29,454 nt of DNA from Candidatus Thorarchaeota archaeon (GTDB lineage: Archaea > Asgardarchaeota > Thorarchaeia > Thorarchaeales > Thorarchaeaceae): contig JBHLRS010000015.1 in assembly GCA_048882325.1 (NCBI GenBank), forward strand, positions 37,581-67,034. The letters are read 5' to 3'. A program made the translations under genes and the position numbers. Below, one piece after another: positions 1-9,098 of this stretch. Every line of letters begins with the position of its first letter. Positions within the stretch are counted from its first letter, which is position 1. Below the pieces are notes generated by a model. It saw nothing but the letters and a program-made list of their open reading frames with translations. It was not told where the DNA came from and made no database searches.

Positions 1-335
1 ACACCCATGTTCAATGCCTTTTCAATTGCTAATCTCATTCCAAAGACACTGACTGGTTGTCCGAGTCCGTTTCTTGCGTCGATATTTGCAATGACTGGAC
101 TGTCCTTCACAACTTCCGGTTGAGCCTTTGGTAACATGTATCCTGACCTAATACCTTCAACATATCGCTTGAGTCGCCCGACACCGTGTGAGTCGATCCC
201 TCTAAGATTTGATGTGACCAGATTATCCGCAACATGAAATGCATCTTCCTCTGACAATCCCATCTTCGTCATGACTTGGATCGAGAATTCTAGTAGGTCT
301 TTATGATGAATCATCCTGTCCGACATTTTCTTCAT
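1..335 (-). CDS. Ldh_2-family (malate/L-lactate/L-sulfolactate/ureidoglycolate dehydrogenase-like) oxidoreductase, 5' part; runs off the window
   Basis: Not in the ORF track. Manual minus-strand translation gives MKKMSDRMIHHKDLLEFSIQVMTKMGLSEEDAFHVADNLVTSNLRGIDSHGVGRLKRY...IDARNGLGQ. The 'A..VA..LV...LRG..SHG..RL' and 'D..NGLG' motifs are typical of this family. Start at 335 or 326. Confidence 0.88.
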   Translation of the reverse strand, partial: MKKMSDRMIHHKDLLEFSIQVMTKMGLSEEDAFHVADNLVTSNLRGIDSHGVGRLKRYVEGIRSGYMLPKAQPEVVKDSPVIANIDARNGLGQPVSVFGMRLAIEKALNMG

Positions 336-387
336 CAACAAAGATGTCAATGCAGTTATAATTCACTATGGTTGAAGTCAAGAATCA

Positions 388-403
388 TTGACCACTTGGT
401 CAA
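388..403. promoter_or_regulatory. Perfect 7-2-7 inverted repeat TTGACCA-CT-TGGTCAA, putative operator in a divergent promoter region
   Basis: Seen directly. Lies between TATA-like TTATAA (~356-361) and ATTATAT (414-420), between the divergent Ldh_2 and ArsR-like genes. Confidence 0.6.
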
Positions 404-450
404 GGAACGTAGAATTATATCACTCTGTTACAAGGCATGTGTGAAGCATA

Positions 451-909
451 ATGACCTCGGATGAAATTTTTGAATCAATTTCACACCCCATTAGAATAGC
501 AATCCTCAAGGAACTAGCAAAAAAACCTACTCGCTTTGCTGATCTGAAGAGAAAGCTGAAAATCAAAAGCAGTGGTCGTCTGGACTTTCATCTAAAGAAG
601 ATGGAAGCAGTGATTGAAACTGACAAAGATGGCCTATATACCTTGAACTATAGAGGATTCGCGGCACTACGTGCTATACGCGTAGTGTCAAACTATGGAT
701 GGCAACGGAGATCGTGGATTATCAACATGATCATGTTAGGAGTAATCAACATCTACATGTTTTTCGCCGCTTCTGCTTATTATATCTTCATTGCTTTACC
801 AACGATTGGTTGGATGTTGTTCTATAGCTACTGGACCTTTGTTAAGCGACGTGTCCGACTTAGAGGCAATGATGTGGATCCTGAAGATCTGGAGGTGTTA
901 GGAGATTGA
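451..909 (+). CDS. ArsR-like winged-helix transcriptional regulator with two C-terminal transmembrane helices
   Basis: IFESISHPIRIAILKEL...RFADLKRKL...LDFHLKKM..VI...DGLYTL is an ArsR-type wHTH. It is followed by two hydrophobic segments (residues ~90-130). Confidence 0.85.
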   Translation: MTSDEIFESISHPIRIAILKELAKKPTRFADLKRKLKIKSSGRLDFHLKKMEAVIETDKDGLYTLNYRGFAALRAIRVVSNYGWQRRSWIINMIMLGVINIYMFFAASAYYIFIALPTIGWMLFYSYWTFVKRRVRLRGNDVDPEDLEVLGD

Positions 910-1000
910 ATTATCGCGTGGTTGTTAAGGGTTATATTTGCTCAAGCGAAAATAGCACATCCCGGTATCATTTACCAAACCGGAGGGAGTATGTATCAAG

Positions 1001-1780
1001 ATGTCTGCTGTAAGTATCGAGAATCTCGTGAAATCATTTGGAGAACAGGTTGCAGTTAATGACCTAACTCTCAATGTTCGAGAAGGTGAGATCTATGCCC
1101 TACTCGGACCGAACGGAGCTGGTAAGACAACTACCATTAAAATGCTCATGGGTCTTTTAGATCCAGATAGTGGCAAAGCGTTTGTTTTTGGTGTAAGTTC
1201 TCAGGATAATCCTGTTGAGGTGAAAAATCTCGTTGGCTATGTACCCGAAGAACAGCAACTATATGATTCACTCACTCCGAGGGAGTTATTCGACTTCATC
1301 GCATCAATTCGCAAGCTCCCTCAAGACACAATTACTAGGCGGATTCGTGAGTTTGTCAAGGCTCTGGACTTTGAACAATACTATGACAACATGATAGTCA
1401 CATTGAGTCAAGGCAACAAGCAGAAAACCATGCTGATTGCTGCTCTTCTTCACAGACCTAAGCTGCTGATTCTCGATGAACCTTTCTCTAGTCTTGATGT
1501 ACGATCCGCAAAGATCATGAAGGACATCGTCAGGATACATGCAGAGAATGGAGGTTCAGTCCTCCTGAGCACACACGTTATGGAAGTTGCTGAAGGCCTT
1601 TGTGACAGAGTTGGTATCATTGATGAGGGTGTTCTCATTGCTGAAGGCACACTCGAGGAGCTCCGGCGTCAGTCACAGAGAGAAGGAGCTACGCTTGAGT
1701 CCCTCTTCCTGAAGTTAACCGAACAGGAAGAAGAGGTTGCAGAAGGAGTATCTGTCCTAAAGGAGGCTCTATCTAATTGA
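1001..1780 (+). CDS. ABC-2 type exporter ATP-binding protein
   Basis: Walker A GPNGAGKTT, signature LSQGNKQ, Walker B LLILDEP, H-loop STH. Confidence 0.95.
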   Translation: MSAVSIENLVKSFGEQVAVNDLTLNVREGEIYALLGPNGAGKTTTIKMLMGLLDPDSGKAFVFGVSSQDNPVEVKNLVGYVPEEQQLYDSLTPRELFDFIASIRKLPQDTITRRIREFVKALDFEQYYDNMIVTLSQGNKQKTMLIAALLHRPKLLILDEPFSSLDVRSAKIMKDIVRIHAENGGSVLLSTHVMEVAEGLCDRVGIIDEGVLIAEGTLEELRRQSQREGATLESLFLKLTEQEEEVAEGVSVLKEALSN

Positions 1781-3441
1781 AATTCTCTGAGAGCTGGAGG
1801 CTTGCAGGTACCATCTCTCAGGAAGTAAGATTCCAAGCATTCCTAGAGGCGAACCCAAGCAATCTGGCTCGAGTGAAAGAAGAGCCTGCTAAGATCTCTC
1901 GAGCAATAAAATCTCAGAGTCGGATTAGTGTCTTTTTCACTGCGATGATTCTTGGTATGTTGGCAATAATCTCACTTGCGGCATCTGCTTTTGATACCAA
2001 TATTGCAAATCCTGACGCACCTGGAGCTCCACTAGCAGTTGGATTTGGTGTATATCTCACTCTCAGCTTTGTGGTCATCTTCTTCCTTAATCTAACTACA
2101 ACTACTGGATTGTTTTCTTCAGGTGCGATGAGGCTACCCTCCACATTGCCATTGACGAGGTCAGAGGTGGAGCAACTCAATTTCATGACATTCATTAGGA
2201 TATTCATAGCTCCTGTAGTACTAACACTAGTAGTCTTTCCTGTTGGTTGTCTAATCCTCTTTGGTCCAATAGTTGCTGTAATCTCAGTGGTTGCTTGTGC
2301 TGCAACTGCGTCAATATCTATTGGTGCATTGGTTCGTGTTTCGAAGTGGTTTCATAAGAAGACACATCAGACTGATGAATCACGAGCTGCTGCAATCGTA
2401 AGAATTGCAGCATCAGTTGGAATTGTACTTGGTATGATCAGCGTCTATAGTCTAGGTAGTTATCTACCCACACTGATGTTCTATATCATTGAATTAGGAA
2501 CCCAAATTGGAAATGAGGTATTTACTATTTTAGCCCTAATCTTCCCCTTTTCATATGGTTTCATGGCTGCAACAGCTGCATATGGACCAGGAATCCTAGT
2601 TTATGGTTGGAATCTTCCAATAGCCTCAATTATTGGAACACTCTTCTACACTGCAGTTGCGATAATCTCTATCAGAAGTAGTGGTAATTCACTCAGAGAA
2701 ATCACTCTTGGTGGGATATCAACAAGCAAGCCAAATCTCTTGAAGGAAGTAGATGTAAGCATCTTGAGTCCTCTTCGCGCTATGGTTCGGAAAGACCTGA
2801 AATTAGCCACGAGAAACATTGGTTCTGCTTTCATTTTTGCTATACCCATCTTTCTAATTGTCATGTTGCTCCCTATGCTGCAATATTGGAGAGATGATGC
2901 CAATCTTCTTCGAAGCATGAGTGCTCTTACTGCTGTTGAGTATGCGAATTTGTTTGGTGGAATCTCATTAGTTTCAATTCTGATGTTTGATACACAGGGA
3001 GCTTCTGTTCATGAAGGTCTACCTATCAGTTCGAAACTTGTGTTAAATACAAAAACTGCCATTATGGTTGTTCCATATCTATTCTGCATGATAGCATTAG
3101 ACATTGTGATTCTGATTAACAATCCGATAACACCCCTAGTGCTCCTAATTCCGTTAATCCAGATTCCTATGGGATATGTCATAGGAATGTGTGTGGGAGG
3201 TGCTGTTTTTAGAGTCAGAGGTGGTGGAAGGGCAGTAGCTGTAAACGTCACTTCCGATCAAGCGATGGGATTTCTATCAGCTTTTCTGGGAGCAATCATA
3301 GGCATGACGCCTCTCCTCGGATTCGGACTTGCAATGCTCCTCACAGGATCGCAAATCATCAGTTTAGCTGTTCAAGGACTAGTTGTCCTGATGATGATTT
3401 TCGTGTCATGGAAATTCATCCCTAATCTTCTCAAAGATTGA
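1777..3441 (+). CDS. ABC-2 type exporter permease (polytopic, two similar halves)
   Basis: TTG start overlaps the ATPase TGA. More than 10 hydrophobic segments; 'LPLT'/'LPIS' motifs in the two halves; 'MVRKDLKLATR' at the start of the second half. Confidence 0.82.
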   Translation: MKFSESWRLAGTISQEVRFQAFLEANPSNLARVKEEPAKISRAIKSQSRISVFFTAMILGMLAIISLAASAFDTNIANPDAPGAPLAVGFGVYLTLSFVVIFFLNLTTTTGLFSSGAMRLPSTLPLTRSEVEQLNFMTFIRIFIAPVVLTLVVFPVGCLILFGPIVAVISVVACAATASISIGALVRVSKWFHKKTHQTDESRAAAIVRIAASVGIVLGMISVYSLGSYLPTLMFYIIELGTQIGNEVFTILALIFPFSYGFMAATAAYGPGILVYGWNLPIASIIGTLFYTAVAIISIRSSGNSLREITLGGISTSKPNLLKEVDVSILSPLRAMVRKDLKLATRNIGSAFIFAIPIFLIVMLLPMLQYWRDDANLLRSMSALTAVEYANLFGGISLVSILMFDTQGASVHEGLPISSKLVLNTKTAIMVVPYLFCMIALDIVILINNPITPLVLLIPLIQIPMGYVIGMCVGGAVFRVRGGGRAVAVNVTSDQAMGFLSAFLGAIIGMTPLLGFGLAMLLTGSQIISLAVQGLVVLMMIFVSWKFIPNLLKD

Positions 3442-3516
3442 TAGTTGAACAAACGACCAAACCTTACATGTATAGTTCCAGTGAAATTCAGTATAAAATA
3501 GGTGGTTCTGTCGAAC

Positions 3517-4767
3517 ATGTCCGAAGAAGGAATTTTAGAATCAAAAGTATCCATTCTTCAGAGGATTCGCCAGATTCTGATAGAACCACCAGATGCTGTC
3601 AAATCTGACGTAATTCGGGTTAAAGCAAGGATACTGTCCTTCGCATTACTTTTGATTGTAATCGTTTTGCCAATAGTCCAACTTGTGCTTGGAATTCTAA
3701 TGGATAACCTCACCATCTTCCTTTTTGCTTGCACTATTTTCTTCATATTATACTTGATTAGTCGCACAAAGTATGTTTTTGTGGCCGGGACAGCTATGAC
3801 ACTGTGCTTGGCATTGATGCCATATCTGTTTCTATTGGTTGAATTCAACCAATCTGATATTCGTCTTGCACTAAACGTCATCATCTGGCCAGTGATTGCC
3901 GTACTTTTTGGGAGTCAATGGCTCTCTTCAAGATTTGAGGCTGTACTCATTGCATGCAACACCATAGGTCTAGTTATCTATCTCTCTCTTCATCCATTAA
4001 TCAGTTTGGAGATGGCTGTAGAGCCTCTTATTGACCAAGCTGCATTATCTCTAATTGTATTGTTCTTCACATGGCCAATGAACTACTATATATCTGAACT
4101 AGAGGAACACAAGCAGTTCCTGGAACAACGACAAAGGGAATTAGAAGTGTACACCTCTGTTCTAACGCATGATCTTGGCAATGATATGCAAATTGTAAGG
4201 GGTCACATCGAACTCCTCAATGAAACTCTGAGATTACCTATCGACAAAGCACCCTACCTGAATACTTCTCTTGCGGTGAGTGAGAGGATGGCACGAGTAA
4301 TCAAGCTGTTTTCGGTTGTTGGAAGAGGGAGTGAATATGATTTCCTCGAAACGGTTCAAACAATGGCTGACAGAGCGAAACAGGCAAACAGTGGAGCTAA
4401 AGTAAGTCTTCTAGTAGAACCAGATATTCGCTCTGCAGACATTCGACCAGGAATTCTCCTTCCACTTGTGTTGGAGAATCTTCTGAGGAACACAGCTGAC
4501 TACGTTGGAGATACAGCAGTCGTGACAATTCGCCTTGGTTTAGTAGAGAAGAGATTGATCATCACGTACAGGGATAATGGGCCCGGTATTGCCCCTGACA
4601 TCAGACCACGGATCTTCCAAAAAGGTGTCACTACAAAAGGTGAGGGGAAAGGTCTTGGGCTCTATCTCTCAAAGAGGATTGTTGAATCGTATGGTGGCAC
4701 AATAGAACTTCTGGATGAGAAAGAGGGTCATGGTGCTGCATTCCTCATCTCCGTGCCTGTTCTTTGA
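3517..4767 (+). CDS. Membrane-bound sensor histidine kinase (about 6 TM + HisKA + HATPase_c)
   Basis: H-box THDLGN, N-box ENLLRN, G1 DNGPGI, F-box IFQKG, G2 GKGLGL. ATG 3517 preferred over GTG 3502 because TATA-like GTATAAAATA lies at 3491-3500. Confidence 0.9.
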   Translation: MSEEGILESKVSILQRIRQILIEPPDAVKSDVIRVKARILSFALLLIVIVLPIVQLVLGILMDNLTIFLFACTIFFILYLISRTKYVFVAGTAMTLCLALMPYLFLLVEFNQSDIRLALNVIIWPVIAVLFGSQWLSSRFEAVLIACNTIGLVIYLSLHPLISLEMAVEPLIDQAALSLIVLFFTWPMNYYISELEEHKQFLEQRQRELEVYTSVLTHDLGNDMQIVRGHIELLNETLRLPIDKAPYLNTSLAVSERMARVIKLFSVVGRGSEYDFLETVQTMADRAKQANSGAKVSLLVEPDIRSADIRPGILLPLVLENLLRNTADYVGDTAVVTIRLGLVEKRLIITYRDNGPGIAPDIRPRIFQKGVTTKGEGKGLGLYLSKRIVESYGGTIELLDEKEGHGAAFLISVPVL

Positions 4768-4803
4768 ATGACTTGGATTAATTAGGATGATTGACCTTAG
4801 AGA

Positions 4804-5418
4804 ATGACTATGGGAATCTATAATCGTAATTATCCGTTGACGACCATTGGTGGGACATTGGTGATCGTCATATACTGCACTTTCACCCTGATTTCATGGG
4901 CTCTATATCCAGGCCCATATGGACCGATTACTCATTATCTAAGTAGATTAGGGAATTTTGATTACAGTCCCATTGGAGCATATTTCTACAACTGGGGTTG
5001 TATATTAACTGGGATTGCGATGTTTCCTTTCTTCTTTGGATTGAGGGTCTGGTACACCAAGAACGTTGTTCAAGGGGTCATCTTGTTCCTTGGACTTATT
5101 TTGGGTATCGCTTCAGGAGGTGCCCTCATGGCCATTGGTTTCTACTCCGAAGATCAAGGTGCGCCACACATGGATGCATCTCGGACTTTCTTTATTATGC
5201 TCTTTGTTGTCCTTCTACTTGTCATCATTGCACTACTCTTGAATCCTCATTTCAACAAACTTGTGGGTTTGTACGGCTTGGCTATGACTTTCTCAAGTCT
5301 TTACTTTGCTTTAACCGTTGGCGGGACATTAACTGAGTGGTACTCTGTCTTTGGGTCGCTTGTGTTTGTTGGATTAGTATCGTGGAACACAATGAAGAAG
5401 TGGGAATTTCTAAAGTAG
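4804..5418 (+). CDS. DUF998-like polytopic membrane protein
   Basis: About 6 TM segments with 'Y....HYLSRLG', 'FYNWG', 'IGFYSED...H' and 'E' near the C-terminus, the pattern typical of DUF998/Frag1-like proteins. Confidence 0.7.
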   Translation: MTMGIYNRNYPLTTIGGTLVIVIYCTFTLISWALYPGPYGPITHYLSRLGNFDYSPIGAYFYNWGCILTGIAMFPFFFGLRVWYTKNVVQGVILFLGLILGIASGGALMAIGFYSEDQGAPHMDASRTFFIMLFVVLLLVIIALLLNPHFNKLVGLYGLAMTFSSLYFALTVGGTLTEWYSVFGSLVFVGLVSWNTMKKWEFLK

Positions 5419-5513
5419 CGAACAAGTAGCTTACATCACAGGCGATAATATAGCAGTCATAGACACTGACTTAAGCGGGTCTTGTTCGTTCAAATCATCC
5501 AAGAGGCTACCCA

Positions 5514-6773
5514 ATGACAGAAAAGTGGGCCGCAGAGAAGTGGCTATCAGTAGACCCACAATCACGTCCGGGCAGATTTGGTCTGAGTCCGAATTTGTGG
5601 CGACTCGCTGCTGTTATTGCTATTGCTCAATTCTCGACAGCTCTATGGAAATGGCAGTTTGGAATCTTTCTAGAAGGATATCTAGAACCTTGGCAGATTG
5701 GTCTTGTGTTTTCTATAGCAACATTCACCGGACTAATCGGTAGTATATCTTCAGGCTACATCGCAGATTTCATTGGTCGAAAGTGGACAATCTCCATTGG
5801 GTTCTTGCCAATTGTCATTGGCCTCCTAACAATGTCTTTTTTTCCTATCTGGCCTTTTGTTGCTGTACAGTATGGCCTTGTTTGGTTTGGGATGAGCACT
5901 ACTCGTCTAATGTCAAGAGCCATTCCAGCTGATGAGATAGCTGCTGATGACGGAAGCAACCCCGCTCGCAGACTCATGATGGTTATGATGCCTCTCTGGT
6001 TCGTTGATGCATTGGGTCCCCTGACAGGATCTTTCCTCTTGGATGCTGGTTATCAGCCTGGAAATCTTCATCTAATCGGATCAATTTGTGCCATATTCAC
6101 CTTTGCTTCTTCCATTGTCTTGCTAAAGGAATCATTAGGAAGTGAGGTGATTAAGAAAGCACGTGCTGGTCCTAAGATATCCGTGCGAAATCTTGGTCGA
6201 AGTTTTTGGATTCTAGCAATCGGAATGATAGGTTTCGTCTTCTCATGGAGTAGTTCAATTCCCTATCTAGGTAATCTTAGTGTTGGTCCGTGGGCTGTTG
6301 ATACAGTGACGTACGGTCTTACTTGGAGTCTATTTTCTCTGACAAGCGCACTCATCATGTACCCTGCAAGCTCACTTGCTGATAGAAATCTGAAAGGAAC
6401 TCTCATTGCTGGTGTAGCTGGCAATGCTGCAATCTTCATGTGGTTTAGTCAGGGAAGCGGCGTTGTAATGATGTATATCATCAACTTTGTGTGGGCTATT
6501 CCTTTTGTACTTTGGACTGGGTCTGTGAAGAGTATAATTGTACTCGTTGTATCCGAAGAGGTGAAGGGAAGGGCATTAGGAACATACGACCTTTTGATGG
6601 GAATAGTAGGCATGGGTGCTCAAATTTCCGGGGCTACTATCTGGGAGTTTTCTGGAAGCCTTCGTTTAGTCTACGCAATAGCAGGAGTCATTGGAATGGC
6701 AACTGCTGCACTAATATCCATTTTACTAAGGTACATTCACATTCCAAATCATGCAACAATTATTGAGCAGTAG
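5514..6773 (+). CDS. Major facilitator superfamily transporter
   Basis: Motif A GYIADFIGRK, second-half 'LADR', 'KGRALG', about 12 TM segments. Confidence 0.92.
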   Translation: MTEKWAAEKWLSVDPQSRPGRFGLSPNLWRLAAVIAIAQFSTALWKWQFGIFLEGYLEPWQIGLVFSIATFTGLIGSISSGYIADFIGRKWTISIGFLPIVIGLLTMSFFPIWPFVAVQYGLVWFGMSTTRLMSRAIPADEIAADDGSNPARRLMMVMMPLWFVDALGPLTGSFLLDAGYQPGNLHLIGSICAIFTFASSIVLLKESLGSEVIKKARAGPKISVRNLGRSFWILAIGMIGFVFSWSSSIPYLGNLSVGPWAVDTVTYGLTWSLFSLTSALIMYPASSLADRNLKGTLIAGVAGNAAIFMWFSQGSGVVMMYIINFVWAIPFVLWTGSVKSIIVLVVSEEVKGRALGTYDLLMGIVGMGAQISGATIWEFSGSLRLVYAIAGVIGMATAALISILLRYIHIPNHATIIEQ

Positions 6774-6800
6774 TATGAGAAGCGTTTGATTAATAAGTAG

Positions 6801-6827
6801 GTAGAAATCTACGCAGTAGAAATCTAC
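6801..6827. promoter_or_regulatory. Tandem palindromic operator (GTAGA-AA-TCTAC) x2, putative PadR binding sites
   Basis: Identical 12-mers at 6801-6812 and 6816-6827, located between the AT-rich TATA-like TTAATAA (~6790-6796) and the PadR start. Confidence 0.7.
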
Positions 6828-6842
6828 GTAGTTGTGTATTCA

Positions 6843-7385
6843 ATGAGTAAACAGATCAAGCTGTTCCTACCAACACCTGAAAAGCTGACCCCAATACAAG
6901 CTTTAATTCTGATACAGCTCTTGGATACTCCCAAATATGGCTACGAGATACTTCGGGGTCTTCGAGATGGCTTTCGAGGTGCATGGGAACCTAAGACAGG
7001 AACTATTTACCCTACTCTTAAAGCACTTGAGAAAAAGGGGCACATTTCAAAGTCAACTCAAGGGGAGAAGACTCACTATACTCTTACTGAGAAAGGAAGA
7101 GAGGTGATTCAAGAGATGAGTGATTATGTGGCTGAATATCTCTTGATCAATTCACGATTTATAGAATCTACCGTAGACAATATGCCACCTCTTTTCACAC
7201 AAGAGGTATTTTCAAAGATTCACATGGCTGGTATTGATGAGATATTACCTGAAGCTACAATATTGGACGCTATCAGCAACCTCCCAGACGCTGAACTCAA
7301 GAGAGCATTCTTGGAACTAAGGAAATCAATTCTTCAACGAAAACTCCGACAGGTGAACAAACATCTCAAAGATTTAGATACCTGA
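6843..7385 (+). CDS. PadR-family transcriptional regulator
   Basis: LILIQLLDTPKYGYEI...GTIYPTLKALEKKG...HYTLTEKGR is a PadR wHTH. ATG 6843 preferred; the ORF track starts at 6834. Confidence 0.92.
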   Translation: MSKQIKLFLPTPEKLTPIQALILIQLLDTPKYGYEILRGLRDGFRGAWEPKTGTIYPTLKALEKKGHISKSTQGEKTHYTLTEKGREVIQEMSDYVAEYLLINSRFIESTVDNMPPLFTQEVFSKIHMAGIDEILPEATILDAISNLPDAELKRAFLELRKSILQRKLRQVNKHLKDLDT

Positions 7386-7394
7386 GGTGACCAA

Positions 7395-8801
7395 GTGAAA
7401 GAATACGATGTGATTATTGTTGGTGCAGGACCGGGAGGGTCAACTGCAGCAAAGGAGTCTGCAGAGAAGGGCTTTAAGACTATTTTCTTTGAGCGTGGCA
7501 GAAAACCAGGTGAGAAGAACTCTTCAGGAACAGGTCTTGGTCCACGTCTGTGGCGAGAGTTTGACATCATGAAGGAATTGAATCCTGAAGACTGTCCATC
7601 GATGAGACCTGGTGCTGCTGCAAGGAATTATTTCGTGGATACTGAGGGTGAGGTGACTGGCTACATAATGACCCGACCAACCAAGTCAGTATCCTATGAG
7701 CCTGCAAAAAGCATGATCACTATGAATTGCTACCGCAGCGAGTTTGACCCTTGGCTTGCGAATTTTGCTGTAAATGCGGGTGCTGAATTGAAGACATCCA
7801 CTCTTGTCACAGGTCTCTTGAAGGAGGACGGCAAGGTTGTTGGGGTGATAGATGAAAAGGGGGAGAAGTACAAAGGCCTGGTCATAGGTGCAGATGGGGC
7901 TGTATCCATGGTTGCCCAGCAATCAGGGTTGCGAAAAAGATGGGATCAGAAACACGTGACCTTGACCCTTCAGTATGACTTTGAGTGCTCAGCATCTAAG
8001 ATAGATGACATAATGGGCGATGAGGCATTAGCTGTGTGGTGGTCCGCTACATTTCCTGCAGCATATCAGGTATTCTTCAACTCCAGTTTTCATATTGGCT
8101 TTGGTAATTGGATGACTTGGTGGGATAAGAATCCTATTCATTATCTTAACAGAGTTGTCAATTTGAAGTATTTCCAACGATTGGCAAGAATTCTTGATGC
8201 CAAACCACGAGAGTTCCAAGTGCATCTTCTACCGTGGCAAGGAATGCCTGAGAACACTCACACGGATAACGTGATACTTATTGGTGATGCGGGCGGATTT
8301 CCATGTCCTCTTGAGGCTGAGGGGATTTACCCTGCCATGGTGACGGGTAGAGTCGCTATCGAAACTGCTGCTACAGCCTTATCCGCTGACGACACTTCAA
8401 AGTATTTCCTTTCACTATATGATGAGAAATGGATGGCCACATCCATTGGAGAGGATTTCAAGTCCGGTCCAGAACTGCAGAGTATATGGATGGCACTTCC
8501 TTTCAGTCCTAGAAAATCGATGTCTTGGTTCGTACCTTTGTTCATGGAAATAATAGGTGGCATCATCGATTGGTCCGAACCACATCCTGTGAGAATTCGT
8601 CAGGTTGCACGGAGAATCAAGAATTACCTTCCTCAACTAGTTCCATTCATCGTAAAAGAGGTGATTCCACTTCTCACTTCAGTATTAGGGGAGGACCGGA
8701 TGGATATGTTGACAGATCCTGAAAAGCTACTTACGGAAATTCCAGAGATAGAGGAAGCCTTAGCTATGGCCTTCATGAAAGAGGAGGATGCACAGAGATG
8801 A
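7395..8801 (+). CDS. FAD-dependent oxidoreductase, FixC/geranylgeranyl-reductase superfamily (FixC-like)
   Basis: GAGPGG dinucleotide-binding motif, ERG..PGEKN..G (FixC-type), RSEFDPWLA, ADG and GDAGG...EGI motifs. SD GAGGTGA at 7384-7390 precedes the GTG. Confidence 0.85.
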   Translation: MKEYDVIIVGAGPGGSTAAKESAEKGFKTIFFERGRKPGEKNSSGTGLGPRLWREFDIMKELNPEDCPSMRPGAAARNYFVDTEGEVTGYIMTRPTKSVSYEPAKSMITMNCYRSEFDPWLANFAVNAGAELKTSTLVTGLLKEDGKVVGVIDEKGEKYKGLVIGADGAVSMVAQQSGLRKRWDQKHVTLTLQYDFECSASKIDDIMGDEALAVWWSATFPAAYQVFFNSSFHIGFGNWMTWWDKNPIHYLNRVVNLKYFQRLARILDAKPREFQVHLLPWQGMPENTHTDNVILIGDAGGFPCPLEAEGIYPAMVTGRVAIETAATALSADDTSKYFLSLYDEKWMATSIGEDFKSGPELQSIWMALPFSPRKSMSWFVPLFMEIIGGIIDWSEPHPVRIRQVARRIKNYLPQLVPFIVKEVIPLLTSVLGEDRMDMLTDPEKLLTEIPEIEEALAMAFMKEEDAQR

Positions 8802-9067
8802 AGATAGACCATAAGAAACTCGTGAAGCGAATCCCCGGAGCCAGCGACTTCATCAGTATTGACACAGAAAAGTGTACTCTGTGCGAACGATGCCTCGTCA
8901 TCTGTGTGATGAACCTCTGGAAGAAAAGCGAAGACAAAGTGTACATCAAAGACGACTATACATCACTCTGTTTGGAGTGCGGAGCTTGTGCTCAGGTCTG
9001 CGAGAGTGACGCAATAGATTTTAGATTCCCTAATGGAGGAACTGGTATAGTCATCGAACAAGGATAA
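8798..9067 (+). CDS. FixX-like 2x[4Fe-4S] ferredoxin
   Basis: CTLCERCLVIC and CLECGACAQVC clusters, with a FixX-type C-terminus FRFPNGGTGIVIEQG. ATGA overlap with the upstream gene. Confidence 0.88.
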   Translation: MKIDHKKLVKRIPGASDFISIDTEKCTLCERCLVICVMNLWKKSEDKVYIKDDYTSLCLECGACAQVCESDAIDFRFPNGGTGIVIEQG

Positions 9068-9098
9068 CAACGACATAACAAGGACGCGAAACACAACC

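Noticed and set aside
7395-8801. Calling this gene canonical digeranylgeranylglycerophospholipid reductase or fixC
   Set aside because: It lacks the YxWxFP motif and has no adjacent fixAB, so it is left at superfamily level.
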